A stretch of 54,864 nt of DNA from positions 1-54,864 of the forward strand of contig JAHBMJ010000141.1 in assembly GCA_018398765.1 (NCBI GenBank), given 5' to 3'. Shown in pieces: positions 25,401-37,000 of the stretch (its first letter is position 1; each line of letters starts with the position of its first letter). This DNA comes from Chromera velia (lineage: Eukaryota). Below the pieces are notes generated by a model. That model was not told where the DNA came from, did not search any database, and saw only the letters and a program-made list of their open reading frames with translations. The position numbers and the translations under genes were made by a program.

Positions 25401-27000
25401 CTACCATGAAGACGAGGTCATACGTTCCGTCTTGTCTGGGTTGCAGAAGAACTCCTTGTCTTTCTAGTTCGTTCTTTACTTCTTGAGAAATGGCAGTTTG
25501 TATTAACCCTGGTGCGTTGTGGATAGCACCTGATGCATTCATACCCATTGAGTTGCCCTCTTGATTCTGTCATTGCTGATCATGTTGATTATTTTGCTGT
25601 AGGCCTAATGGCTGAGCTTGCTCATCTACCTGTCCTTCAAGTACACCGGCCTCTTCGGCTGCTGCATGGTTAGCTAGGGGAGGGGGATCATTCACGGATT
25701 CTGGCTGAGGGCCTGCAGGTGCTGCAGGTGGAGTGGCCTTGGCTTTTGGATGAGCTTTTACTTTCGCTTTCGCCTTTGCTTTTACTTTTGGTTGTGCAAG
25801 CCCTTTGGCCTTAGGCTTGATTACCTTCTTAGCTTTTGGTGGCATTCTATAAACGGCACGAAAGGCAGTCTCTTACGGGGCAAATGTACTGTCCTGGGGG
25901 CTTGACGTACGGGGGAAGGTATTTGGAATAGATTGACATGAACCTCTCTTGACTGATAGTATCTAGTGTAAGGGCTTGGTGTGTTCTTTCTGAGAGACGG
26001 TGGTGTGCTTTCAGGAAAGCAGTTTGTTGATCAAGAAGAAAGATCCGGAAACCCTGTATGCTACGAGTGAACTTGTAGTTCTCTTCTATAGTCTGGTCTG
26101 CAATTACCTGGGCTTTCTCTATATATCGGGTCAGTGAAGTTACAGTCAGCAGCACTACAATACAGAACAGAATCTGAGATCGGAGTCTTGCTTGGAACCT
26201 AAATTTTTTTTTCTTTTTTTTTTTAGAGAGCTTCGCTGTCAGGTCAGGTTTTCGTGGAAGCGAAAGTTTTCACAAGGAAAGCAGGAGAGTTGCTTCTTGT
26301 CTGTGAACGTTTTGGGCAGAGCTTCGCTATAAAGCTTGGTTTCTGTCAGAGCACAGGGTTTTGTACAAAGTAGCAGAAGGGGCTTGATCCTCTGCGGGTC
26401 TCTTCTTTTGGTCAGAACGGGCAAAAGACGTGCAAAAGAGTAGGGGTGAAAGAAAATCGGTGGGTCACTAGTCTATTCAGCAAGAGGGGAAAACCGGACA
26501 GCACTGGGTCCAGATAGGCTACTCTTTTCCACGTTTTGGCAGAGTCCACCCTGAACGAGGACAGGCAGAGAGGCATGGGGACAGCTAAGTTGAGTAAAGT
26601 CAGGTGAGGTTGCACGAAGAGAGTTCGGAGATGTCTGTTTTGAAAAGAGAGAAAAAGCCTAAAGTACTCAATTCTTTCCTTTCTTCTTTTCCTTGGGTTT
26701 CCGGTAAGGAAAAGAGTCTCTTGCGTCGCCTGGATAAGCAGAAAAGGAATAGTTTGACTTCGGATTCGGTTATATTTGCTGGAGTGAAGAAGAGAAGGTT
26801 GCTTTCCGTTTGCTCCACTCAGTGAGACATGATTGGTCTCTTGAGCTTCGGTGTCACCACGTGTTAAGAGCTACTGGAAGCCCTTAGAATAGACAAAGGG
26901 AAGTGGCGCTAGTCAGACTCCAGTGAGGCTCCAAGATAGTCTAAGTGTCTGAAGAGTCAGAGGTTAAGTTCAAGAAAGTTCAATCTATGGCGCTAGGGTT
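22432..27000 (-). mobile_element. Second Ty3/Gypsy element, 3'-truncated at the start of RT; outer LTR boundary unresolved
   Basis: On the minus strand the LTR ends ...TTAACA at 26862, followed by PBS TGGTGACACCGAAG (26846-26859, tRNA-Trp-like). Gag starts at 25845 and includes IKQLEHESIDKYAERF and degenerate knuckles near 24390-24500. Protease ALVDIGADVSLIS. RT start QKPRPVS...IKPCSFEWGS is cut at 22432. Confidence 0.88.
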
Positions 27001-27214
27001 GATCGCTTATTAATCGATTTCACGTCAATATCGAGTGCAGATCTTCGCGTTTTTGCTCAACTTTGGAGGTTGGCTTCAGAGAGGCAATTCTGACGGTGTC
27101 GGACCTCCCGAGATGACCGACAACCTCGAAGGTCCTCTCGGAGAAATCTCGATTTCAATTTTTCTTGCGTGATCCGATTTTGTAGATACGACAGTTCATT
27201 CAGACTAGGCGATT

Positions 27215-27500
27215 ATTCAACCTCAGAGCCGAATAATCGCCGCGCTTAAATTCGAATTCAAACCGCACGGAATTTAACCAGGTAAAATCGGGTATTCTGA
27301 GTATGCACCGCACGGTATTCGGATATTTCGAATTCAGACCGCGCACTATTCGGTTTTTGGCTTGACGGTTATTCGAATTCACAGACCGCGCACTTTTTGA
27401 CGTCTCGATTTCTGACCGCGCTTCTTTCTTCTTTCGATTTAAGACCAGGTCTTATTCGGTTCTATCGATTTTAGACCGCGTTTTATTTGGATGCATAGAT
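27215..27500. repeat. Degenerate ~30-35-bp tandem repeats with core TCGA(A/T)TT..GACCGCG
   Basis: About 8-9 spaced CCGC(G/A) cores with TATTCGG and TCGAATTC motifs. Confidence 0.65.
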
Positions 27501-27510
27501 TTTGGAATTC

Positions 27511-27582
27511 TGCCGATGGTGGGACTCAAACCCGAGACCTCTCGGTCCGAGCCTCTCGTCCTAACCACTAGGCCAAGGAGGC
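27511..27582 (-). pseudogene. tRNA-derived sequence (pseudo-tRNA or SINE head)
   Basis: 72 nt with A box TGGCCTAGTGGTTAGG, AGGTC variable loop and B box GGTTTGAGTCC. Acceptor and anticodon stems are disrupted. Confidence 0.7.
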
Positions 27583-28429
27583 TGGGTCCTGACTAAAGGA
27601 TCGTGTTTGCCTGGTTCTTCTCTTTCCTTATCTTTTTACTTCTTTTTATCTTTATTTTCAATTGTTCAGTCTTGTCTCTTGGTCTAAGTAAAATGTTAAA
27701 TTCTTTGCACCTTTTCTTATTATTTTCTATCATTTTCCAATACTTTTTCATTTTATTTTCTAATACTTTTGATATCACTTTCTCATACTTTTTCTATTAT
27801 TTTTCTTTCTTTAATCTTTTTCTTTAAACTTCATTTTCTTCTATGTTTAGACTAGCACATAGCACCTGTCAAAAGCAAAATCCTTACCACCTTCCCCCAG
27901 TACCTTTTGTCTTCTTTCACGCACTCGAACACACGGTATGTGTGGATGGCCCCCGCGACCATCCATATGGAAGAGGGAAAATGTTTTGCTTGCCTTACCC
28001 ACCCTACTCTAGTTTGGGTCAGCCATGTGTTAGGGCGCGGCATCGCAAGCCCCCCTAATGCCAACCGGCAGCTCAAGGAAAATATAACTGCAAAAGGACG
28101 CTGCCTCTATAAACAGGACGGGAAGGCCTTCCAACCCTGCTCCTTTCCGTCTGTGAAATACAAATTAAAAAGGAAAACCCGAAGACGCCCACACCCGGCT
28201 AGCGCCCACCGTCCATGCACGCCCCTATGATGTGACGAGCTTCCCCAGGCCGTGCGGAAATCCAAACAAAGAAGAGAGAGAAAGTAAATAAACATATGCA
28301 AATGAACTGCCCTCTCAGGAAGGTGCCCCCGAAGCACCCCTTACCCTTTCATGCATGCTTTGCAGAAATAAACAAAATACAGGAGAGCCACCACACACTC
28401 TTTTAACCTCCTGGGGAGAGGATTTCAAG

Positions 28430-28560
28430 AAATATAAGTCAAGAAAACTTACGGATATAAAGAAAAGATGGTCGGCTACCGAGCAAGAAGGTCTAGTTTC
28501 CATTTGGGCAGTCACACAGCAATTCAAGAGTTTTTTGTATGAAAGAAATTCTTCGCATAT
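28430..28560 (+). pseudogene. Isolated Ty3/Gypsy RNase H fragment
   Basis: YKSRKLTDIKKRWSATEQEGLVSIWAVTQQFKSFL resembles the SRKL..E..YS..E.E.L.I.WAV..F..YL motif. Confidence 0.7.
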
Positions 28561-28719
28561 ATGAATATATCTCTGTCTGTCACGGTGTCGCCCAAATTGC
28601 AAAATGTGCCCCTCAAGTAACTCGCATAGAGCCGCGATCATAATTACTTCACACATGCTTGCCCTTCAAGTAACTCACATGGAGTTGTAAGTGTATGCTC
28701 GCACGGTCCCACAATTTAA

Positions 28720-30200
28720 TGATCTATGAAATGTACAGAGAGGTATGGGACAAGGTTGACGGGGACTCTCTACGTTTTTGGGAGGGCACTGGAGTGAAGC
28801 AAGGGGATGCCCTCTCACCTATTTTTTTTCTTTTGTACATAAATAATCTCCTCCGTATGTGTTTTGCAAGCAAAAACGAGGCAAAGCATGCTAACGAGGC
28901 AGTCAAATGAGAGCAGGCAGACATAGAAATGGAAGCGGGTAGTGGAGAGAAGCCAAAAAACGAGCCGGAGCCAGTTTTGCTGGATGATTGTGTCCTGGAC
29001 AGTTTGGGTTATGCTGACGATCTCTGCTTTCTTGCCCATTCCGTCTCAGAACTTCAAAAGAAATTCTCTGCTCTCGAGAAGTATTGCAAAGAATGGAAAG
29101 TTTGACTTACAGTCAATCTGAAAAAGACAAAGATTCTCCGCCTGTTTGCCTCTACATTTGGAGAAAGCTCCGGTTTGGTGGTATATAAAGGGAAAGAGGT
29201 TGAATGGGCAACAGAATACAAGTACCTGGGGTGCCTGTTCTTTAAGGGGGGATGCCTCAGTGAGACAGTTGAATCGCGTATTGCTTCGGCCTTCCGCGCT
29301 CTAGGGGCTGTGTTTGGTCTGATTGCCAGCATGGGTCCTCTCAGTGTAGATGCGTAGATGACTGTTTTTAGAGCGTGTTAGTCCCCTGTTATGCTGTACT
29401 GCCTTAAATGTTTCCCTCTTCATGATGTCGATCTTCTTACAATCGATGCTTTGCAGCTCTGTTTTGTACGCTGGTCTGGCCGTCTGTCTGCTCGCAGTCT
29501 TCGTTTACCCTCCCTGTGTAATAATGTATTTTCGGCCTGCTTCCTGCAAAAGCCCTACTCTGTTTTAGAGTAGCCGACTGGTGGTGCTCGCTCTCGTAAA
29601 CTATACACACCGTTCCCGCTGCAATGTTGCGTGCCTGGAATGGAAACACTTGTCTAAAGTTTTCGAGAGCCTCCTTGTGGCTGCTTCATTGGGCTGGTCT
29701 GGATTTTGTTTGTTCATTGGGGGTGGGAGTGCCGCAACACCCTGGTACCAGCGCACAGTAGCGACGAACAGTTTAAGGCACCGGCTCTCTCTTCTTTAAG
29801 GGTGGAGCTAGACATGCAGTTGTGGAAGAGGTCTGCATGCGGTGGGCAGGGGCTATCGCTTCTTTATATTTCCCTCCTCTTACCAAGCTCACCCCCCTTC
29901 AACAAGCTTTTCCCTCTTCTCATCGCATGTTTGTGTTTCTTCTTTACAACAAATCCGCCTCTAGTCTCTACTCCTTTTCCGCCCTCCCTCGATCTGCTCT
30001 CATAATAACCGATGGCTCTCTGTTCGGTTTCTTACGTCTGCTCTCATTTAATCCATAAGGCGAAACTTTAAGCAATGCTCTGTCTGTTGAATGTAGCGAC
30101 CATAAACTCTGTGTACATGATTTTTGTATTCGGTGTATTGGTGACTTCATGTATAGACTTTCTTCATATACCAACTAGCTGGATGAAAGAGAATTTCTGC
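28720..30200 (+). mobile_element. Degenerate non-LTR retrotransposon (LINE B), related to LINE A
   Basis: TGVKQGDALSPIFFLLYINNL, LGYADDLCFLA, VNLKKTKIL and YKYLG...ETVESRIASAFRALGAVFG align with LINE A. Many stops. Ends are approximate. Confidence 0.88.
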
Positions 30201-30566
30201 ACTGCCTAGCACTGTCTGGCTGAGCTGGAATCTATTAATTCAAATGATTGTAACTATCCACTCCCCGGTGCAAGTACATCTGAACTCTTCATCCGTAATG
30301 TCATTCGATCGCTTCTACGCTCGCATCCGGTCTGTTTCTTTGATGCCTGTCTCCCTATTCTAGAAAGTGATTAACTGATCAACTCCACTGGCGACTTAAC
30401 AAACAATAATCATGCATGTATGTGCCCCCCGGGAGCTTTGTATTCCAACTGGGGTTAGGCATCCTCTAATTAACTAAGTAACTTAAGCATACTTCGTGCG
30501 CATTGCAGTGGCCCCCGCCCTATACATACATGTGCACCATGCCTGCGCAAGACATGCCTAAGCTCC

Positions 30567-30609
30567 ATATATATGGGGACGCGGTATGCATGAAAAAACC
30601 CTCAATCAT
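30567..30609 (+). mobile_element. 43-bp 5'-truncated retroposon insertion with a 14-bp TSD
   Basis: CATGCCTAAGCTCC at 30553-30566 and 30610-30623 flanks ATATATATGGGGACGCGGTATGCATGAAAAAACCCTCAATCAT. Confidence 0.85.
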
Positions 30610-33121
30610 CATGCCTAAGCTCCCGATGGTGTGCATCAATCAATTAAATTTGTAGATCCCCTAAAGGGCCCCCCGAGGCACTCATCCAACTGGTTGGTGT
30701 ATCTCGTGCTATGTTTGTAAATTCAAAAAGTGCCCCCCGCTTCGCTTTCCGGGGCCATTATAGTTTCGGTTTTGAACCCAGAGCTATAGGCTCGAGATGG
30801 CTCGAGTCATCTCGAGTCTGGAATTGTCTGGAACGTTCGGGAAGGCCGTAGTACCGGCCGCTTGGGAACCGCTTGGGATAGATATTAACATAGTCATATG
30901 TTGTAACTGATGTGCTGAAGTGGCTCCAAATGGTCTGCACGGGCAGAATTTTCTCGCAACTCCGCCGCTCTCTAGTTTGAATGTCAGAACCCCAGTGAAG
31001 GGTTCTCGAGAGTGTCTCCGGTCAAGTCAGTCAGGTCAGTTCCTTCTTCTTCCCCTTTATTGCGTTCTCGGTTTCTTCCCGTGCAGCTGTTTTTTCTGCT
31101 GCAGCCAGTCGAGGCTTCCGAGAAAGGCCGTACAAAGAGAGAGAGAGAGAGAGAAGGTTTGGGTGAATGATGGAAAATCGATGCCGTTTCATCTGCGCGA
31201 AACGGCTGAGGGAGAAAATTTCTTTCGTTGAAGAAACAACCCCCATCGATCTTGCTGCCTTCCTGCTGAACCCAAACAAAACCAGAAACAAGAAAGTCAC
31301 CAGTCTCTGGATCTTGCTTCAGCTTTCAACGTTGCTTTCCACATCCCGTCAACCCCCCCCTCTTTTCCTTTCCTTTTTTTGTGGCCAAAACTGCAGCACT
31401 TACTGACCTGAGACGGGACGCAGAGGGACGTGAGGAAATGGCGCAGGTCGAGAGTTTCCTTTTTGGGTTCGGTCAGTTCATCTGTCTGCGGGGAAGGATG
31501 AATCAGGGAATTTCTGGTGAAAGGAGGGGGAGGAAGAAGGAACAAAGTCCAGCCAGTCTCTTCAAGAGAGGGAGACGGAGATTGTCATGTTGGCGTGCGT
31601 GCGTGTGTGTGTGAGAGGGGATGACTTTTTTGGATCAACCAACCGAGTTTCTCTCTTCACTTCCTTCATTTGAAGGAGGGGAGAGGGTGCGGAGAAACTT
31701 TTATGAGACGCTGATCTCACACAGACAAGACAATGATGCAGTCTGAAGAAAGCATGAAGGAAGGAAGGAACGGGAGCTGAAGAATCAAATACGCAAAGGG
31801 GGGAGATGGCCACTGGCAAAGCTAAACTCTTTCTTCACTTTTTCCGCACACATCTCTGCAGGAGACGGGAAGGGCGGGAGACGGCCGCGATTCCTGCCAG
31901 GAAGCCTCCTCTGAATCCCCCTAGCTGTTCTCTCGTTGACTTAATTGAGGGCGGAGACGGGAGACGGCACTGAGAGAGAAACGGAGACGGAATTCACCGA
32001 AGAGGCGACGAGACCTCCCTCTTCTTTCTGCCCGTGACTGAGGGACGAGGTTGGGAGGGGGGGGGATGCTGGATGGGAGCTAAGTTGGAGGACGAGAAGA
32101 GGAGGAAAGAGGGCCCGCCCTCCCTCCTAGAAGGAGCTGCGGAGAGGGACTGACCAGACCAGACCAAAAGAGAGGGAGGGATCATGGATGTATGTATCAG
32201 AGGGACTGACCAGACCAAGTGAGAGGGAGGGAGGGATGGAGGGAGAGGCTAGGGACTGTTCTCTCTCGGCTCTCGATGTGTTGGTACACAAACGCACTTG
32301 ATGTATTTCTGCATGGCCTGTATGAGACAGGGAGGCATATTTCTGTGCAGTCCTTTTTGTGAGTATACCCCCTCCCTCCCTACCTACCTGGACCTCGTGT
32401 CGGTTGCAGACTTTCTTCTTGTGCTGTCTTCCGATGACGGTCTCAGAATACGGATTGATGGATGGACTCGCAAGCGCATTGTGAGTTTGTCCGTCTTGTC
32501 TCTTCTTTCGGCTCTCCTGACAAAAAAAGCAAAAGTTGGGAGGGTCATCACAACAAGAGGCACATGCAGTTGACTTTTCTTTTTTTAAGTTAACTCCTCA
32601 TTCATTGTCAGGCTGCCTGATTCGTAAGGTGTGCACTTCGACAGTGAGTGTCATGGTCTCTTTCTTTTCTGTTGTGTACGCTGCCTCTTTCTTTCTTTCT
32701 TTCTCTCTCTTTTCACCTGGCTGCAGGTCTCTTGACGTCCCTCCCTCCCGTGATCTCTTCCGTTCCGTTCGCTCTTTTGNGGGGGGGGGGGGGGTCTTTC
32801 TGTCTCGTGGAACTGCACGTCTCTTTCTTTCTTTCGTTGTCTTTCCATCCACCCAGTGGAAAGGGAAGGAGAGGGGGGGGGGGCTCTCAGTCGGCAGTGA
32901 CAGTTGAATGAATCGGTCAGTCACTCAATCCGTCAGTCAGTCAATTATGGAAAGATTAACGCATAGACACGAACAGAGAGATAAAGACAGACAGACAGAC
33001 AGACAGAAAGAAAGACAGACAGACAGACAGAAAGAAAGAAAGAAAGAAAGAAAAACAGAAAGAAAGAAAGAAAGAAAGAAAGAAAAGAAAAAAACAAAAG
33101 AAAAAAAGAAAGAAAAACACA

Positions 33122-33152
<31 letters not shown>

Positions 33153-33448
33153 GCGTCCCCTCCATATCGCCTTTGCCCCTTCTCGTTTCCCTCCCCATCG
33201 GGTGTTCGTCTCTTCGGAGTGCGTCACGCTTCGGGAAAGGGGGCGGAGGGGAGGTCAGAACGCGACCCATCGGCGACGCCACACCAAATTCTCTCTAGCT
33301 CCCTGTCGGTCTGACGGAACCACCGGGGCGTTCTGCTCTGGTCCTGAGGGCGGGGGTGTGGAGGCGTTCTCGAGTCAGCCGGGCAGCCCTTTTTATTTTG
33401 GCAGCCCGAGTGTTACAAGAGAACAACAACGTACAACGATTTTTTTCT

Positions 33449-33604
33449 ATTCATTCATCATCTCCAGAAAGGCTCGTTCACTCATTTTGTTTCATACAGA
33501 ATTCTTTTTTTTTCATACAGAATTCGTTATCTCTGTATTCTGTATGAAAGAAAATTCTGTATGAAAGAAAATTCATTCATCATCTCCAGAGAGGCTCGTT
33601 CACT
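33449..33604. repeat. 88-bp fold-back flanked by 34-bp direct repeats
   Basis: ATTCATTCATCATCTCCAGA(A/G)AGGCTCGTTCACT at 33449-33482 and 33571-33604. Interior has 2 x TTTCATACAGAAT followed by 2 x ATTCTGTATGAAA. Confidence 0.85.
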
Positions 33605-33963
33605 TTTTGAATTCAACGTCTGTCGTTGATCCCGCAAAGACTATTTGTGTTCATCCATCCATCCATCCATCCTGCCCTCCTCCTTCCTCCCTCCCTCCCT
33701 CTGTGTCCTTCCGGAACGCAGCAGGACTCGGCCCGCCGCCCTTCGTGAAAATAATAAACCTACCTGCCGTCAGTGGATTTGGTTAAGAGGTCAGTGGGTC
33801 CAACGGTTTGCCCTCTAGAGGCAAAAAAGAAAGCAGAAAAGCAATTAATCCTCTCCAGTGGAAGAAAGCTTGCAGAGAGACATAAGGCAAAACAACAAAT
33901 ACGCTTTGTTTCCCTTTCATCGCCATTCCGTGTGAGTGAAGAGAGGAACAGACTTTTGGGTGG

Positions 33964-34001
<38 letters not shown>

Positions 34002-37000
34002 GTCTGTCTCTGTCTCTCTGTCTCTCAAGAATGAAAACACACATGGCGATGATGACTCACATTCTTCCTGTGTCTCCGTATGAGTCTCCCACCACAACAT
34101 GGGAGGACTACAATGGGGAAAAATAGAATGATTGGAGCTGGTCTGACGCCTACCTGCATGACTACAAAAATAAAAAAATGAACCTCAATCAACACGCACA
34201 CACACACACACACACAACTGCATTTGTGCACACATCCGGCAACTCTGCTTTCCTCTTCCCTTTTTCCTTTCTGCATGCACATTGCGATCGAACCTGGGTG
34301 GACCGTCTCTCTTGCCGTTTCGTTGCATTCATGCATGCAGGCGGCAGAGAAGCTGACGGCGCTGCTGGCTGGTTGGATGGATGGATGGTGTGCCTTTTGT
34401 TTGTGTTCTGGTTACTGGCTCTGTGGATTTCCTCGCGTCTCTCTCTCTGATCTCTGTGGGGGGGTGGGGGCCTCTCCGGTTGGAGACGAGACGAGTTCTT
34501 TCTTTCTTTCTTTCTTTTCTTTCTTTCTTTTTTTTCTTCACCGACGCGAAGGGAGGCCGAGCCCAGTGGTGCTCAGAAGAGAGGTTAGTGTTTCTTTCTG
34601 CGTTCTTCTTTTTTAAGTGGAAATGAAGGAAACACGGAAGGAAGGAAACGGTTTGAAAAAAGAGCACAAAAGAGGAGCACGGAGGAAGGCAGAGAAGGGA
34701 CGGGAAGTGAGAAGGCAAGAAAGAGAGAGAGAGAGGACGAAAGAAGAAGATTGAACGACAAAGAAAGAAAGAAAGAAAGAAGTCCAATGATGATCACAAA
34801 AATCAATGACAAGCATATGTCTGAGGCGACCCCCACAAGGGGGTTTCCCTGAAGTCATCAAGGAGGCTGATGGACTTTCTTTCTTTTCTTTCTATCTTGT
34901 TCGGTCTCTTCCTTCTTCTCTCTAGATGTTTGCTCCATGGAAGGTGTTTTGTTTGCTTTTTCTTTCGTTCGTTCATTGGTTTTGGAGTTTTGGTCTGTGA
35001 CTGAATGAAAAAAAATAGAGACAGACAAAGAGAGACGGCATGAGTGAGGGGGGGAGGGCCTGCAGAGAGGGCGTCTGTCTGTTTGTTTGTTTGTTTGAGG
35101 GGGGGCCTGGTGGTCCTTCCCTCCCTCCTATGCACTCATTCACTCCTACACCTACCCGTGCATGGAGGGAGGAATTGAGCGTTGTTCCAATAATTAGTTG
35201 CAGAAACGTCTCTCTCTTCCTGCATGGTCGTTGGTGAACGAGCGCGTTGGCTTGCTTGCGTGCTTGCTTGCTTGCAGGTACGTCAGGCTGGCCGGCTGCC
35301 GATGGATCGATACACACAAAAAGGCGTCTCCTGATGGATTGATTGCAGTGCGGCCGGATGGCGTCTCCGTCTGGTGCGGCTGCGGGGTTTTCTTTTCTTT
35401 TCTAGCTGTCTTCTCTGCATTCTTTCTTTCTTTCTTTCTTTCTCTGAGTTGGTGTTTTCTATTCCTCTGTGGAGGTTTTCTCTCTTCTCTTCTTTTCGTT
35501 GTTTTCTATCGTTCCTTTTCTTTTCTCTCTTCCCTGAAGTCTTGACGGGTATCTGCCGGTTGAGGAGGGGCATGCTGCAGGCCGGGGNGGAGAAAGTGCG
35601 GGCGAGGAGGGGGGTGACGGAGGGAGACTTCATGCTCCAATGCCCCGAGGGGCTGCCTTGTTTTTTTTTTTTTTTTTACCGAGTGGGTACCTGTGTATGG
35701 ATCGAGGGGTGCGGCTCGGAGGGGCAGCCTTGGTTTCGGGCCGTCATTTGGTGCAAGGGGGTCGTCCTTCCACCTGGAAGGAATCGCTGCATGGAGGCGC
35801 CTAGCTCTTCGTTCGTTCGTTCGTTCGTTCGTTCGATTTATGTGTCGATCGTTTGGTCCCTCGTCCGAATGAAGGAAGAAAGGCTCCTCCGTTGCGTGCA
35901 TGCTCGTGCCGCGTCTTTCGTTTGTTTTGCCTCCTTCTTTCTGCTTTGGGTGTGGTGGCTCTCTCTCTGCCGGGGGAAGTGTTCCTGTTCCTCTGCCAGG
36001 GTGGCCGGAAGGAAGGAGCCTGCCTCTTCAGCTAGTAGACGGGAGGGGGGCCTGCCTGCCTGGATGCATGGATGGGAGAGTCTGCCTGTTCGTGAGTGAA
36101 AAAGATTCATGCAGGCGGAGATAGAGGAAGCAGGTGAAATCAGGGAGCTCTCTCTCTTGCGATGTCTGCCTTGGAGTCGCCAGGCAGTGGCAGGCACCTT
36201 CTTCTTCCAGTACAGCTTTAGGCGGCCTTCAGTTGCTCAAATGCCACAGTGACTTTATTGGTTCACTGCACTGCTGGAGCAGCATAACGCGACTCACTGT
36301 CAGAGTCACTGCCAGTGATCGCCATTTCCATGCGACGCCATCTCCCACTCGGCTCATAAAACCAGTTTAGGTCTAGTTATGAGAATCATATACGGGTACG
36401 ACGCTAGGTATGACGCGTCATGACGCGCTGTTGTTATCTCTACGTACCTAAAGCAATACTATGAGAAGCTAGATCAGAAGTATCGTTGAAGCCTCTCTGG
36501 AGCTTGCCCGCATTCGATATATGCATGGTCTTTCTTGCGTTCCTTCTGTTGGAGGGCGTTCGGGTATGATTTCTTCTCATGTCACTCGCTTTCTTCTGTC
36601 AACGAATGCTCCTTGTGGTGTTGTGCTTCATGACCTCTCTCTTTTATTTTTGGAACTTTTTCTTTTGCAATGGGATTATTCTTTCCTCAAGCGAATGTTT
36701 TTGTGTATAATTTGTAAATCAGACGATTTTGATTTGATTGATGGTTGAATGCATACTGTTAATGGTTTAAATTTGATGTTCTTTATAAACGTCATATTAC
36801 TCATTTCTGATTTCTTGCTTCTTCAGTCGGTCTTTTGGTTCTTTTCGGAGCACGTTCTTTTTCTGACAGAGTCATGATTTTCAATATGCGCATCTAGCCT
36901 CCCAGCGACAGATAAAAGGCAGTGGCTGACCGTGATAAGTGATTTAGTGGTACCTTTGAGCACTGTCACCGTTTTGTCTTGTAGAGGTCGCCCCCGATGA

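Noticed and set aside
27511..27582. Functional tRNA gene
   Set aside because: The acceptor stem pairs at only 3 positions, the anticodon arm does not pair, and the T-loop has TTT instead of TTC.
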